Assembly: GCA_947632835.1 (NCBI GenBank)
Contig: CANRQI010000001.1
Location: forward strand, 1 to 50,720
Direction of reading: 5' to 3'
Length of the DNA: 50,720 nucleotides
DNA from: an uncultured Clostridia bacterium
Lineage (GTDB): Bacteria > Bacillota > Clostridia > TANB77 > CAG-508
The notes below the pieces were generated by a model, which was given only the letters and a program-made list of their open reading frames with translations, was not told where the DNA came from and searched no databases. A program made the translations under genes and the position numbers. Positions within the stretch are counted from its first letter, which is position 1, and every line of letters starts with the position of its first letter. Below, piece by piece: positions 28,300 to 38,119 of the stretch.

Positions 28300-29154
28300 T
28301 TAAATCTGATTTTGTTTTTTAGTTGCCTTTACTAAGTTATATAAAAGCATCGCTATTGTCATTGGTCCAACTCCACCTGGAACTGGAGTAATACCAGCAA
28401 CTTTGTTACAAACATTATTAAAATCTACATCACCACATAAAGAACCATCTTCTAATCTGCTGATACCAACATCTATTACTATTGCCCCATCTTTTACCAT
28501 ATCTTCTTTAACAAAATTTGGCTTTCCTATTGCTGAAATTAATATATCAGCATTTTTAGTTATTTCTTTCAAATTCTTTGTTTTAGAATGGCAAACTGTT
28601 ACAGTAGCGTTTTTTGAAAGTAAACATTGCATCATTGGTTTTCCAACAATATTGCTCCTTCCTAAAACAACTGCATTTTTTCCTTCTAATTCTATATCAT
28701 AATATTCAAAAATTTTCATAATTCCAAATGGTGTACATGAAATAAAACCGTCATTACCAATACACAAATTTCCAACATTTATAGGATTGAATCCATCAAC
28801 ATCTTTTTCAGGAATAATTTTACTAAATGCTTTATTCTGGTCTAAATGCTTTGGAATAGGACTTTGAAGTAATATTCCATTTATTGTTTTATCTTTGTTC
28901 AATTTATCAATTAAATCAAACAATTCTTTTTCCGTAATATTAGAATCTAACAAAAATTCCTCATATTCTACTCCAACTTTTTCACAAGCTTTAGATTTAT
29001 TTCTTACATATACTTTTGAAGCAGAATCATCACCTACCATTATAACAGCAAGCTTAGTATTTATTCCCTTATTTTTTAATTGCTCTACTTCATTTTTTAA
29101 TTCTTCTTTTATTTTTGTTGATACTAATTTACCGATTTAATATATTTTTTTCAT
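28300..29154 (-). CDS. folD: Bifunctional methylenetetrahydrofolate dehydrogenase/cyclohydrolase FolD with a disrupted 5-prime end (A-run problem plus CGG frame change)
   Basis: The track ORF starts at internal MVGDDSASKVYV. The same frame is open upstream as GKLVSTKIKEELKNEVEQLKNKGINTKLAVI. ATG 29154 overlaps the upstream TGA (ATGA) but reads ATG AAA AAA ATA TAT TAA. The sequence AAT ATA TTA AAT CGG TAA (CGG at 29132..29134) followed by +1 GGT AAA would give ...NILN-G-KLV. Confidence 0.8.
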
Positions 29155-30371
29155 CCTCTTTTTGTTTCTGCTTTTTTTCTTGCTCTTCGTTCACGTAAAT
29201 CTTGTCTCCTTATTCTTCTAATTATCTTTCTATCTGCTCTTTCTCTTTTTATACGCATTTTTTGTATATTATCATAGTATTTAATTTTCTCTTTTAATTC
29301 ATCTGGAGATAAATCATCAAACTTTCCTTGTATTCTTCTAAGTAAATATTCTTCACTTTCTAAAGGCAAAGGTTTAGTTTTACTTTCTAATGAATAAATT
29401 TCAAGTTTAAAAGCTATAATAAATCCAACAATAATAACTGCTGTTACAATAAAATACTCAATTACTTCTTCTTTTCCAACTGCTGGAATAGAACCAAGTT
29501 CTTCAGCAATTCTTTTTATTTCTTCTTCACGAGAATCACCATTTTCTTCTGTAGTTGGAACCTCTTCATTTTCTTGTTCAGGATCATTTTCATTGGGCTC
29601 TTCAGGAGTTTCTACTGGAACAGGTGGTGTACTTGTTAATGCACTTGTAATAACATATCCAGTTATTCCATTGTAACTTACTCTACTCCAAGCATATCCA
29701 TCAACATTTTCTGAACCAGTACCAGTTCTTGTAAGCTCAACTCCTTCTGACAATGTTTGAATTACTATACTGCTAGTTCCATATCCTTGTCTAATATTTA
29801 CTCTTTTTGTTGTATACATTTTTTCATTAGTATCTTTAAAAGTAATTTTTTTTGGTGCAGCTGGTTGAGCTGGTGCTGGATTTGTATTTGGACTTGACTC
29901 ACCACCTGATGCTGGAGCTGGATTAGAATTTGCATCAGCACTTGGAGTAGGAGCACTAGGAGCTCCAGCTATTGAAACAGCTGTTGTTACGGTACTTTGT
30001 GAATTTATCTTTTTTCCTGACCTATCTGTCAAATTCAAATTAGATGCTACTATTGTTGCATTTCCTGCAACTTTAGCTTCAAAACTAACTGTTGCATTTC
30101 CTGGCCAATAATAATCTGCATTTATATCATTCATATCTTGACCTAGACCATAAATATTCTTACTTGCTGAACTACCATCGCTATAAGTAACTGTTACAAC
30201 TCCATTATATCCAATTGCATCTTGAGGAATATTTATAGTTACTGAGAAATTTTCACCAACTGTGCAATTATTTGCTGACACATTAGCTTCTGAAGCATAT
30301 ACTTTATTATTAATACATAAAATTAATATAAATACTATACTAAATACAAATTTTAAATTTCTTTTTATCAT
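29151..30371 (-). CDS. Secreted or membrane-anchored SH3b-domain protein with Pro-rich linkers and basic cytoplasmic tail (hypothetical)
   Basis: 406 aa. It has a signal peptide (FSIVFILILCINNKVYA), an Ig-like N-domain and an SH3b-like block (VNIRQGYGTSS.VIQTLSEG..L...G......GYAWSRVSYNGITGYV). A TM helix (YFIVTAVIIVGFIIAF) and an Arg/Lys-rich tail follow. Confidence 0.55.
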   Translation of the reverse strand: MIKRNLKFVFSIVFILILCINNKVYASEANVSANNCTVGENFSVTINIPQDAIGYNGVVTVTYSDGSSASKNIYGLGQDMNDINADYYWPGNATVSFEAKVAGNATIVASNLNLTDRSGKKINSQSTVTTAVSIAGAPSAPTPSADANSNPAPASGGESSPNTNPAPAQPAAPKKITFKDTNEKMYTTKRVNIRQGYGTSSIVIQTLSEGVELTRTGTGSENVDGYAWSRVSYNGITGYVITSALTSTPPVPVETPEEPNENDPEQENEEVPTTEENGDSREEEIKRIAEELGSIPAVGKEEVIEYFIVTAVIIVGFIIAFKLEIYSLESKTKPLPLESEEYLLRRIQGKFDDLSPDELKEKIKYYDNIQKMRIKRERADRKIIRRIRRQDLRERRARKKAETKRG

Positions 30372-30412
30372 AACTTTTATTTCCTTTGTTTTCTTATAAA
30401 TTTTGGCTCAAA

Positions 30413-31051
30413 CTATTTTGATATTGCTTTTACTACAAATCTTGTTGTAGCACCATCATCACAAGTAATTAATGTTAATTCTGTTGAGTTTTCTTCTAAT
30501 GGTAAAAAACCACTAAAATCTGCACTATCCACTTTATTTATTTCTATTACAGTATATTTTACCTCTACACCATCTGAATTTACAGCAATAATTTCATCAT
30601 CTTTTTCAATATTTTTTAAATTGAAAAAATTTTGTGAATCATCATGAGCTAAAATAACGCAATTCCCACTTTCATTTAATTCTTCTCCATAATATTTTAC
30701 TGCTCCATACTTTAAAGCATCTTCAGTATAATCTACTTCATCTAGAACTGGATTTAAAACCTTTACATCAATTCCTAAACTATTAACTTTTACATTTCCT
30801 ATTACTTCATATCCACCAAGATATTCTTTATCTTCTTTATTTTGAGAAGCAACCACTGGAACTACAGTATTATCTCTTTTTTTATGTATAATATACTTTG
30901 TTAAAAAATAAGAACCACAAGCTATTATAGGAAGAATTACGATTAAAATAAAAATTTTTATATGTTTTACAAACCATAATCCTATATTTTTAATTGCTGT
31001 TACCCCACCTAAAATAAATCCTTCTGTTTCATCTGAATCATGTTTTCCCAT
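30413..31051 (-). CDS. Sortase-family transpeptidase
   Basis: 212 aa with an N-terminal TM anchor. The catalytic His lies in VILAHDD, the Cys in ELTLITCDD and the Arg in TRFVVKA. Confidence 0.75.
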   Translation of the reverse strand: MGKHDSDETEGFILGGVTAIKNIGLWFVKHIKIFILIVILPIIACGSYFLTKYIIHKKRDNTVVPVVASQNKEDKEYLGGYEVIGNVKVNSLGIDVKVLNPVLDEVDYTEDALKYGAVKYYGEELNESGNCVILAHDDSQNFFNLKNIEKDDEIIAVNSDGVEVKYTVIEINKVDSADFSGFLPLEENSTELTLITCDDGATTRFVVKAISK

Positions 31052-31076
31052 ATATTTTGTTCCTTTCTTTTGTTTA

Positions 31077-31875
31077 TTAAAAAATTATAAAGCCAGTTAT
31101 TATTAACCCTAAAACAATTCTATAAATAGCAAAAACTTTAAAACTGCCTTTTCGTAAATATTCTAACAAAAATTTAATTATAAATAATCCTAAAATAAAG
31201 CTTGAAAACACTCCGTATAAAAAATGGAATATCAAAAACAAATTCTTTTAAATCAACCAATACTGCTGCCAATGTAATTGGAGTTGCTAATAAAAATGAA
31301 AACTTAGCTGCCGATTCTCTATCTATTTTCAAAGCTCTTGCAGTAGTCATTGTTATTCCTGAACGAGAAACTCCTGGAAAAGCTGCTGCTATTGCTTGAG
31401 ACATTCCAACTATTACAGACTGCTTTAATGTTATATCCTCATATTTTATTTTTGATTTAGCTTTTTTATCAACTATATATAAAACTATTCCCATAACTAT
31501 CAATGCAATAGCAATTAATGCCATTTCAAAGTTAAGATTATTTCCTACTATTTTATCTGAAATTTTATCTAATATTAAACTTAATATTCCTGCTGGTATT
31601 GTTGCTATAACTAAATACCAAAAGATTTTTCCTTCTGTAGAATTTTCTTTTTTTACTACTTTTTTATATCCACCTTTTATAAGATTAATCCAATCTTTAA
31701 AGAAAAACACACCTATTGCTAATAATGTTCCAAAATGAAGAGCTATATCAAAACTTTCTGGAATATTCCAATTAAAAATCCATGGAAATATTTTTAAATG
31801 TGCTGAACTTGATACAGGTAAAAATTCTGTTAAAGCCTGTATAATTCCTAATACTAACGCTTGTACTATCGTCAT
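31077..31875 (-). CDS. uppP: Undecaprenyl-diphosphate phosphatase, interrupted by a +1 frame change at an in-frame CGG
   Basis: MTIVQALVLGIIQALTEFLPVSSSAHL is the canonical BacA/UppP start. The zero frame reads TTT ATA CGG AGT ... TAA (CGG at 31213..31215). The +1 frame continues GVFSSFILGLFIIKFLLEYLRKGSFKVFAIYRIVLGLIITGFIIF with its stop at 31077..31079. Restored length is 265 aa. Confidence 0.85.
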
Positions 31876-31898
31876 TACTATCTCCTATTTATAATATT

Positions 31899-32771
31899 TT
31901 AGTGCATTTCTTTTAATGCATGATAAATTGTTTCTTTTATAAATTCAGCTGATGTTACTGGTGCTACTTTTCCAGGAAGAGATAATGCCCATATTAGTTT
32001 TAAATTCTTTTCTTTAGCAGATTTTCTATCAACACCTCCAGGATTTGATGCTAAATCTATAATTACTATATCCTTCTTTAATAAATCTAATCTCTTATTA
32101 TCTAAAATTTGAAATGGAATTGTATTAATTATTATATCAAACTTAGATAAATTTTTGTCTAAATCATTTAAATGTATTGGTTCATATCCATAAGCTTTTA
32201 TCCATGCAAGATCTTCATCTTTTCTTGCTTCACAATAAACTTTTGCTCCAATACCAGATAACATTTTAGATAAAACTTTTCCAATTCTACCAAATCCCAT
32301 TATCAAAACATTTCTACCATGAACAGTTCTTTGAGTTTCTTCCATTGCTATTTGAATAGTTCCTTCAGCAGTTGAAATTGTATTTAATACTGAAAATTCT
32401 TCTCTTTTTAATAAATCAATATATACAACTGATTTGCTATCTAAAATATTTCTAATAGGCTCTGTAATATTACCAGCTATAAGTGTTTTTCCATCTAAAC
32501 ATTCAATAAATTCTTCAAGAGATAATTTCACATGACTAAATGGCATAGAAAGATTTTTTCTATCACTAGATAATGGTATAGGTCCTACAACTGCTCTTGA
32601 ATCTGTAACAGCATCTTTTAAAGTTGGACACATTTCAACTCCTTCCAATTTTAATAAATCTTCGGAATATTCTAATCCATAAGTATATACTGTATATCCA
32701 TCTGCAATTAACATTTCTACTAATTTAACTATTCGTAAATCCCCACCAACTACTGAAATTGCTTTTTCCAT
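31899..32771 (-). CDS. dpaA: Dipicolinate synthase subunit A
   Basis: 290 aa. The N-terminus is ISVVGGDLRIVKLVEML, and an NAD-binding block VLIMGFGRIGK follows in the C-terminal half. No dpaB lies adjacent. Confidence 0.7.
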   Translation of the reverse strand: MEKAISVVGGDLRIVKLVEMLIADGYTVYTYGLEYSEDLLKLEGVEMCPTLKDAVTDSRAVVGPIPLSSDRKNLSMPFSHVKLSLEEFIECLDGKTLIAGNITEPIRNILDSKSVVYIDLLKREEFSVLNTISTAEGTIQIAMEETQRTVHGRNVLIMGFGRIGKVLSKMLSGIGAKVYCEARKDEDLAWIKAYGYEPIHLNDLDKNLSKFDIIINTIPFQILDNKRLDLLKKDIVIIDLASNPGGVDRKSAKEKNLKLIWALSLPGKVAPVTSAEFIKETIYHALKEMH

Positions 32772-32862
32772 AATCCTCTTCTCCTTTCATAATAGAAAAT
32801 TTTATAATTTAATCTTCCATTTAATGTTATGTAATATTTTTTGTATTTATACATTTTTAAAT

Positions 32863-34233
32863 TTAAAATTTATCTACTCGTTGATTATTTTCCAATTCTT
32901 TTTGATTTTTTTCTTCTGTTTTATTGTTTTCTTTTAAGTTATCATTTTCTATTATTTCCTCAAATTTATCATTTTCTGACTCTTCTTCTAATTCATCATT
33001 TTTAATTATTTCTTCTAATTTTTCTTTGTTTATAATATTTTTCAAATCGTTTTGTTTTTCAGTATTTTCTTTTATACTTTGAACTAAATCTGTTGTTTCT
33101 TCCAAATAACTTCTAGCATTCTTTTCTTCTTTTTCTTTTATACTTATTTCTTCTATTTCATTTTCTTCAATATTTTCTTTTATTTCATCTTTTTCATTCA
33201 TTTTTACTGAAACAGTAAAATATTGTTTTATTTCTTCGAAAAATTTTTCTTTACTTGCTTTCTTTAAAAGTTTTGGCTCTATTTCGATAGCTTTATTAAT
33301 AAAATTTATAGCTTTTTCTTTCATTCCTTTTATTACATATATTTTTGCTAATTGATAATAAGATTTAGCTTCTAGACCCTCATCATATAAACTTTTTTCA
33401 AAATATTTTTCAGCTGATTCCATATCCTTCTCAATAAAACATATTTGACCTAAATTATAATAAGCTCCATATAATTTATGATTTAATTCTGCAGCCTTTT
33501 CATACATTTCTTTTGCCATATTGAAATCATTTAATCTTGTAAACACTATACCTAAACTATAATACAAATCAAAATCACTAGAATGATATTTTAATGCATC
33601 TTGATATACACTTGCAGCTTCTTTGAATCTTTCTTGCTCACATAATAACTCACCAAGTAATTTAGAGCCTTCACAACAATCTGGTTTTGATTTTACAAGA
33701 TTTTGCAACATTTCAATTGATTCGTCTTTTTTTCCCAAGTCCTTTAAAAGATTAGCAATTTTAAAATATGAATCATAATCATTTCCTTTTACATCTAAAG
33801 CCATAACATATTCATCAATTGCTTTTCTCATTCCGCCTTCTTTTTCATATATTTGTGCTAATAATATATGACCTTTATAACTATTTTTATATTTTGCAAC
33901 AAACTTAACAAGTATAGTCTTTGCTGTTTTTGTATCGCCTAATTTTAGTAAAACTTTAGCAAGAAAAATTGTTAACATTTCAGAAAATACTATACCATTA
34001 ATTTCTAAAATTATAATTACTAATGGTATAACTATACTGCATATATATCTTATAATTTTAAAAAACAAGTTTGCCACTAAATTTAATTTTATCTCAAAAA
34101 AACATATTGCAATACCAATTGCTTCAATTATTAATAATGCTATATAATTAGAATCATTATGTCTAATTATTTTGGAAAATATTATTATAAATAACGTAAC
34201 AGATAATAACAAAAATAATATTTCTTCTAGCAT
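32863..34233 (-). CDS. Membrane-anchored TPR-repeat protein with Glu/Lys-rich C-terminus (hypothetical)
   Basis: It has several N-terminal TM helices, then TPR-like repeats (AxxYxxAL..xP.. patterns). The likely start is ATG 34233 after GGGGGA; the track start at TTG 34245 overlaps the SD. Confidence 0.55.
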   Translation of the reverse strand: MLEEILFLLLSVTLFIIIFSKIIRHNDSNYIALLIIEAIGIAICFFEIKLNLVANLFFKIIRYICSIVIPLVIIILEINGIVFSEMLTIFLAKVLLKLGDTKTAKTILVKFVAKYKNSYKGHILLAQIYEKEGGMRKAIDEYVMALDVKGNDYDSYFKIANLLKDLGKKDESIEMLQNLVKSKPDCCEGSKLLGELLCEQERFKEAASVYQDALKYHSSDFDLYYSLGIVFTRLNDFNMAKEMYEKAAELNHKLYGAYYNLGQICFIEKDMESAEKYFEKSLYDEGLEAKSYYQLAKIYVIKGMKEKAINFINKAIEIEPKLLKKASKEKFFEEIKQYFTVSVKMNEKDEIKENIEENEIEEISIKEKEEKNARSYLEETTDLVQSIKENTEKQNDLKNIINKEKLEEIIKNDELEEESENDKFEEIIENDNLKENNKTEEKNQKELENNQRVDKF

Positions 34234-34328
34234 TCTATCCCCCAATTCAACATCCTATTTTTAGCACATTATATCATAATAAGTTAATATAAACAACAAA
34301 TTTTAACAAAAAATAATAAAAAATTTTT

Positions 34329-34380
34329 AAGTTCCGATATTTTTGGTATTTTTATCGTATTACCAAAAATGCCGGAACTT
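34329..34380 (-). terminator. Long imperfect hairpin between the GH25 gene and the TPR gene (terminator or minimal palindromic element)
   Basis: AAGTTCCGATATTTTTGGTA ... TACCAAAAATGCCGGAACTT pairs at 18 of 20 positions. The termini TTAAGTTCCG / CGGAACTTAA resemble those of the repeat families at 6745..7050 and 48141..48390. Confidence 0.45.
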
Positions 34381-34484
34381 AAACTAAAAATTTATTTCAT
34401 TTTTTGAAGTCTACATTCAGCTTACGTTCTGTGTTTTACATAATTTTAATTTGACTTTCTATTCATGCTTTGCTTTAAATGATT

Positions 34485-36299
34485 CTAATTTGCTTTTCTA
34501 TTTTCGTTTCTTCCAAAAATCATATAATGTTGTAAACATTTAGAATAATTTTTTCCAAACGTGTCCTCTATATCCTTATTGTTTGAAACATATACTTTAA
34601 CATCAAACTCAGCACTTCCACTTCTTCCTTCATGAATACCATAAGTTACGAAGTGATTATACGCAGAAACATAATCATTTTGAAAAGCATTTTTCAAATC
34701 TGCATATTTATCTACATAATATTTTGGATCAAATACTGGTGATGCTCCTCTTCCTTCTTTCTTTCCAAAAACCTCATAATGTTCTTTTAATGCCACAGCA
34801 TTAGTACCATAAGTAGCTTTTAAATCTGCATATCTATTTGCATAATATACAGCGTCAAATAAATATCCTGAAACATCAATGTTTGTATCATTTATAGGAT
34901 TTCCACCTAAAAATAAAGCTATATATTTTTTATTATTATTTCCTATAGAATTTCTTTCATAATTAGAACATGATTTTTTATACTCATTTAAATTAAATTC
35001 AGCACTTGCTATTCTACCTTCATTTATACCACAAACAAAATAATGTTCTAATGCTCTAGTATTACTAGAATATAAAGCTTTTTTTAAATCTGGATTATTA
35101 CTAAAATAATATTTTACATCAAAATTTTTACTGCCCTGCCTACCTTCGTGAATTCCATTTCTTACGAAGTGATTATATGCTGAAACATAATCTGTTTTAA
35201 AAGCATTTTTTAAATCTGGGTATTTATTCAAATAGTAAATTGGATCAAATACTGGTGTTGCCATTCTTCCTTCTTTTTTACCAAAGTTTTCATAATGATT
35301 TCTTAATGCTTTAGCATCATTTCCAAAAGCTGCTTTTAAATCACTATATCTATCACTATAAAATTCACTATCAAACATATAATTTGTTATATCTATACTA
35401 TTATATTTAAAATAATAATAATAATCTAAATCTATATCAACATTACCTGAAATACCTGGAACTGTACCTGAACTTGTACATTGCCACATTTGATAGTTTC
35501 CTGTATATGTTGGTTTTGAAATCTTATAATGAGCTACCCATGTTGAAAAATTTGAAAATTCTTCCATTTTCCATACTGTACTTAAAGGATTACTACTTCC
35601 ATACAAACAACCTATATATCCATTCGCATTTATATAATCTAAAAAAACATGTGCATTTTTATTTAATTGCTCTGTTGACAATCCATTTGTTCTATATGGT
35701 AATGTAGAACCATCAGTTCTTTTTGCTTCTTTTATACCAAAGTCCTCAAAGTCATAAGCAACTGGATATTTTATATCATATCCTTTTATCCACTCTACAA
35801 CAGTTTGAGCTTCTTGCAATGCTTCTGCTTCATTTATAGCTGTAGAATAAAAATATATTCCTACATAAATTCCATTATTTAAAGCACCTTCAACATTCTT
35901 TTTAAAATAAGCATCTTGAACAATATTTCCTTCTGGTGCATATCCTCTATAACCACATCTAATCATAGCATATTTTACACCACTTGCAGACACTTGAGCC
36001 CAATCTATATTTTTTTGCCATGCAGATACATCAATTCCAACTGCTACTTCACCATTACTTTCATATTTACTAATAATATCACTAACACTTTCTTGTGAAC
36101 CAGCACTTAGAATTGCTATTCCATTATTTTCATTGTCAAAATAGGCATTTCCCATTATCCCTTCTTCTTCACTATTTACAATTTTTCCTTCAAATTCTGA
36201 AACTTCAACAGAATATGATGAAAAAGGAAGAAATCCTAATGACAATATTAAACAAATTACTATTAAAAAAACTGCTATTAGCTTTTTATGCAACTTCAT
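34485..36299 (-). CDS. GH25 muramidase (lysozyme) with C-terminal tandem repeat region
   Basis: 604 aa with a signal peptide. The GH25 core is GIDVSAWQKNIDWAQVSASGVKYAMIRCGYRG. The C-terminal half holds six ~35-aa units of the pattern Y..(R/K)Y.DLK.AF......HY..FG..EGR..S..FD, arranged as two ~130-aa copies. Confidence 0.8.
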   Translation of the reverse strand: MKLHKKLIAVFLIVICLILSLGFLPFSSYSVEVSEFEGKIVNSEEEGIMGNAYFDNENNGIAILSAGSQESVSDIISKYESNGEVAVGIDVSAWQKNIDWAQVSASGVKYAMIRCGYRGYAPEGNIVQDAYFKKNVEGALNNGIYVGIYFYSTAINEAEALQEAQTVVEWIKGYDIKYPVAYDFEDFGIKEAKRTDGSTLPYRTNGLSTEQLNKNAHVFLDYINANGYIGCLYGSSNPLSTVWKMEEFSNFSTWVAHYKISKPTYTGNYQMWQCTSSGTVPGISGNVDIDLDYYYYFKYNSIDITNYMFDSEFYSDRYSDLKAAFGNDAKALRNHYENFGKKEGRMATPVFDPIYYLNKYPDLKNAFKTDYVSAYNHFVRNGIHEGRQGSKNFDVKYYFSNNPDLKKALYSSNTRALEHYFVCGINEGRIASAEFNLNEYKKSCSNYERNSIGNNNKKYIALFLGGNPINDTNIDVSGYLFDAVYYANRYADLKATYGTNAVALKEHYEVFGKKEGRGASPVFDPKYYVDKYADLKNAFQNDYVSAYNHFVTYGIHEGRSGSAEFDVKVYVSNNKDIEDTFGKNYSKCLQHYMIFGRNENRKAN

Positions 36300-36468
36300 A
36301 ATAAATTAAATCTCCTTCCATAAATTAATATTTTAAGTCAAATTTAATTGTTTTTCATTTTATCACACTATAATTCTTTTGTAAATAATATTTTTTGGAA
36401 AATTATTAAAATATTCTACACCTTTATTTTACAATTTTCATCATAATATATAATATGATAAACTTAAT

Positions 36469-36936
36469 TTAAAGTTCCAAATTGTTAATAGCAATTTCAA
36501 CACTTTCCGACATATATCCTTTTTTATAAAGAAAATTCTTTATATCATTTAATTCTGAATTTTTAATTTTCTTTAACAAAATATTTCTAGCTGAATTAAT
36601 TTCATATTCAAATAACACTTCTTTATTTGAATATATGTAATCATCTATTAAATTCTTATTTAATCCTTTTCTCATAAGTTTATAACTTATTTCCTTTAAA
36701 GAAAGATTTTGAAGTTTTTTAAATTCATCTACACTTTTTTCTATATATTCCGTATCATTAATGTAATTATACTCTTTTAAAAAATCTATAATATCCTCTA
36801 ATTTATTTTGAGGAATATCTTTAAATTTTTCCCTAACTTCATTTTCTGTTCTTTTTTTATATAATACATATTTTAATACTTTAGATTTTAAATTATCAAA
36901 TTCTTCAGCTTCTTTTAAATTATTTGTAAAATTCAT
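36469..36936 (-). CDS. recX: RecX-like regulator of RecA
   Basis: 155 aa of helical repeats (...YINDTEYIEKSV...). It lies immediately downstream of recA, 8 nt after the recA stop. Sequence similarity was judged only by eye, so synteny is the main evidence. Confidence 0.6.
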   Translation of the reverse strand: MNFTNNLKEAEEFDNLKSKVLKYVLYKKRTENEVREKFKDIPQNKLEDIIDFLKEYNYINDTEYIEKSVDEFKKLQNLSLKEISYKLMRKGLNKNLIDDYIYSNKEVLFEYEINSARNILLKKIKNSELNDIKNFLYKKGYMSESVEIAINNLEL

Positions 36937-36944
36937 TTTTCACC

Positions 36945-38015
36945 TTATATTTCTTCTTCTGAAAATTCTTCCTGTTCATTATCCTCCATTTCTTTTGCTT
37001 CTTCAATTAAAGCATTTTCAAAAGCCTTGTTAAAATTATCTCTAATTTTCTTTTCAACTTCATCCATTATTTTTGGATTTTTAGATAAATACTCTTTTAC
37101 ATTTTCTCTACCTTGTCCAATTTTTTCTCCATTGTAGCTAAACCATGAACCACTTTTTTCAATAATATTTAGATTAACTGCTAAATCTAATATATTTCCT
37201 TCTTTTGAAATTCCTTTTCCATAAACTATATCAAATTCTGCTTCTCTAAAAGGTGGTGCTACTTTATTTTTCACAACTTTTACTCTAGTTCTACTTCCTG
37301 TAACTTCTCCATTTACTTTAATATTTTCTATTTTTCTAATATCCATTCTAACAGAAGAATAGAATTTTAATGCTCTTCCACCTGGAGTTGTTTCAGGATT
37401 TCCAAACATTATTCCAACTTTTTCTCTTAATTGATTTATGAAAATTATTATTGCATTTGTTTTATTTATAGTTCCTGCTAATTTTCTTAACCCTTGAGAC
37501 ATAAGCCTAGCTTGTAAACCAATATGTGCATCTCCCATATCACCATCTATTTCAGCCTTTGGAACAAGTGCTGCAACTGAATCTACAACAATTATATCTA
37601 TTGCTCCACTTCTAACCAATGCTTCTGCTATTTCTAGTGCTTGCTCACCAGTATCTGGCTGAGCAACTATTAAATTATCTATATCAACACCCAAATTTCT
37701 TGCATATACAGGATCTAATGCATGCTCTGCATCAATAAATGCTGCCTCACCACCATTTTTTTGTGCTTCTGCAATAGCATGTAATGCTAATGTTGTTTTT
37801 CCAGAAGATTCTGGTCCAAATATTTCTACTATTCTTCCTTTAGGTATTCCTCCTATTCCTAAAGCTATATCTAAACTCAAAGCTCCAGTTGGAATTGCCT
37901 CTACATTCATTTGTTTACATTCTCCTAATTTCATAACTGAACCTTTGCCAAATTGTTTTTCTATTTGACTCATTGCTACTTCTAAAGCTTTTCTTTTTTC
38001 TGAATTATCTCCCAT
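36945..38015 (-). CDS. recA: Recombinase RecA
   Basis: 356 aa with canonical blocks: [39 protein letters not shown] (Walker A) and [10 protein letters not shown]. The C-terminal tail is acidic. Confidence 0.97.
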   Translation of the reverse strand: MGDNSEKRKALEVAMSQIEKQFGKGSVMKLGECKQMNVEAIPTGALSLDIALGIGGIPKGRIVEIFGPESSGKTTLALHAIAEAQKNGGEAAFIDAEHALDPVYARNLGVDIDNLIVAQPDTGEQALEIAEALVRSGAIDIIVVDSVAALVPKAEIDGDMGDAHIGLQARLMSQGLRKLAGTINKTNAIIIFINQLREKVGIMFGNPETTPGGRALKFYSSVRMDIRKIENIKVNGEVTGSRTRVKVVKNKVAPPFREAEFDIVYGKGISKEGNILDLAVNLNIIEKSGSWFSYNGEKIGQGRENVKEYLSKNPKIMDEVEKKIRDNFNKAFENALIEEAKEMEDNEQEEFSEEEI

Positions 38016-38045
38016 TGTATTTCTCCTTTATAAAAATTTGTTCTG

Positions 38046-38059
38046 CGAACTTACGTTTG
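38046..38059. promoter_or_regulatory. LexA (Cheo/DinR-type) SOS box upstream of recA
   Basis: CGAACTTACGTTTG matches CGAAC-N4-GTTYG with one deviation. It lies between the recA -10 element and the start codon. Confidence 0.6.
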
Positions 38060-38064
38060 TTAAT

Positions 38065-38092
38065 ATTATATACTAAAAAAAATATTTGTCAA
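38065..38092 (-). promoter_or_regulatory. Sigma-A type promoter of recA
   Basis: On the minus strand, TTGACA (38092..38087), a 16-nt spacer and TATAAT (38070..38065). Confidence 0.55.
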
Positions 38093-38119
38093 TACTTTTT
38101 AATTTTAAATTTCATTTTT

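Noticed and set aside
29400-29480. IPAVG in the SH3b protein as a sortase sorting motif
   Set aside because: It does not match LPXTG-type motifs. The following TM helix is succeeded by a ~90-residue tail rather than a short basic anchor.
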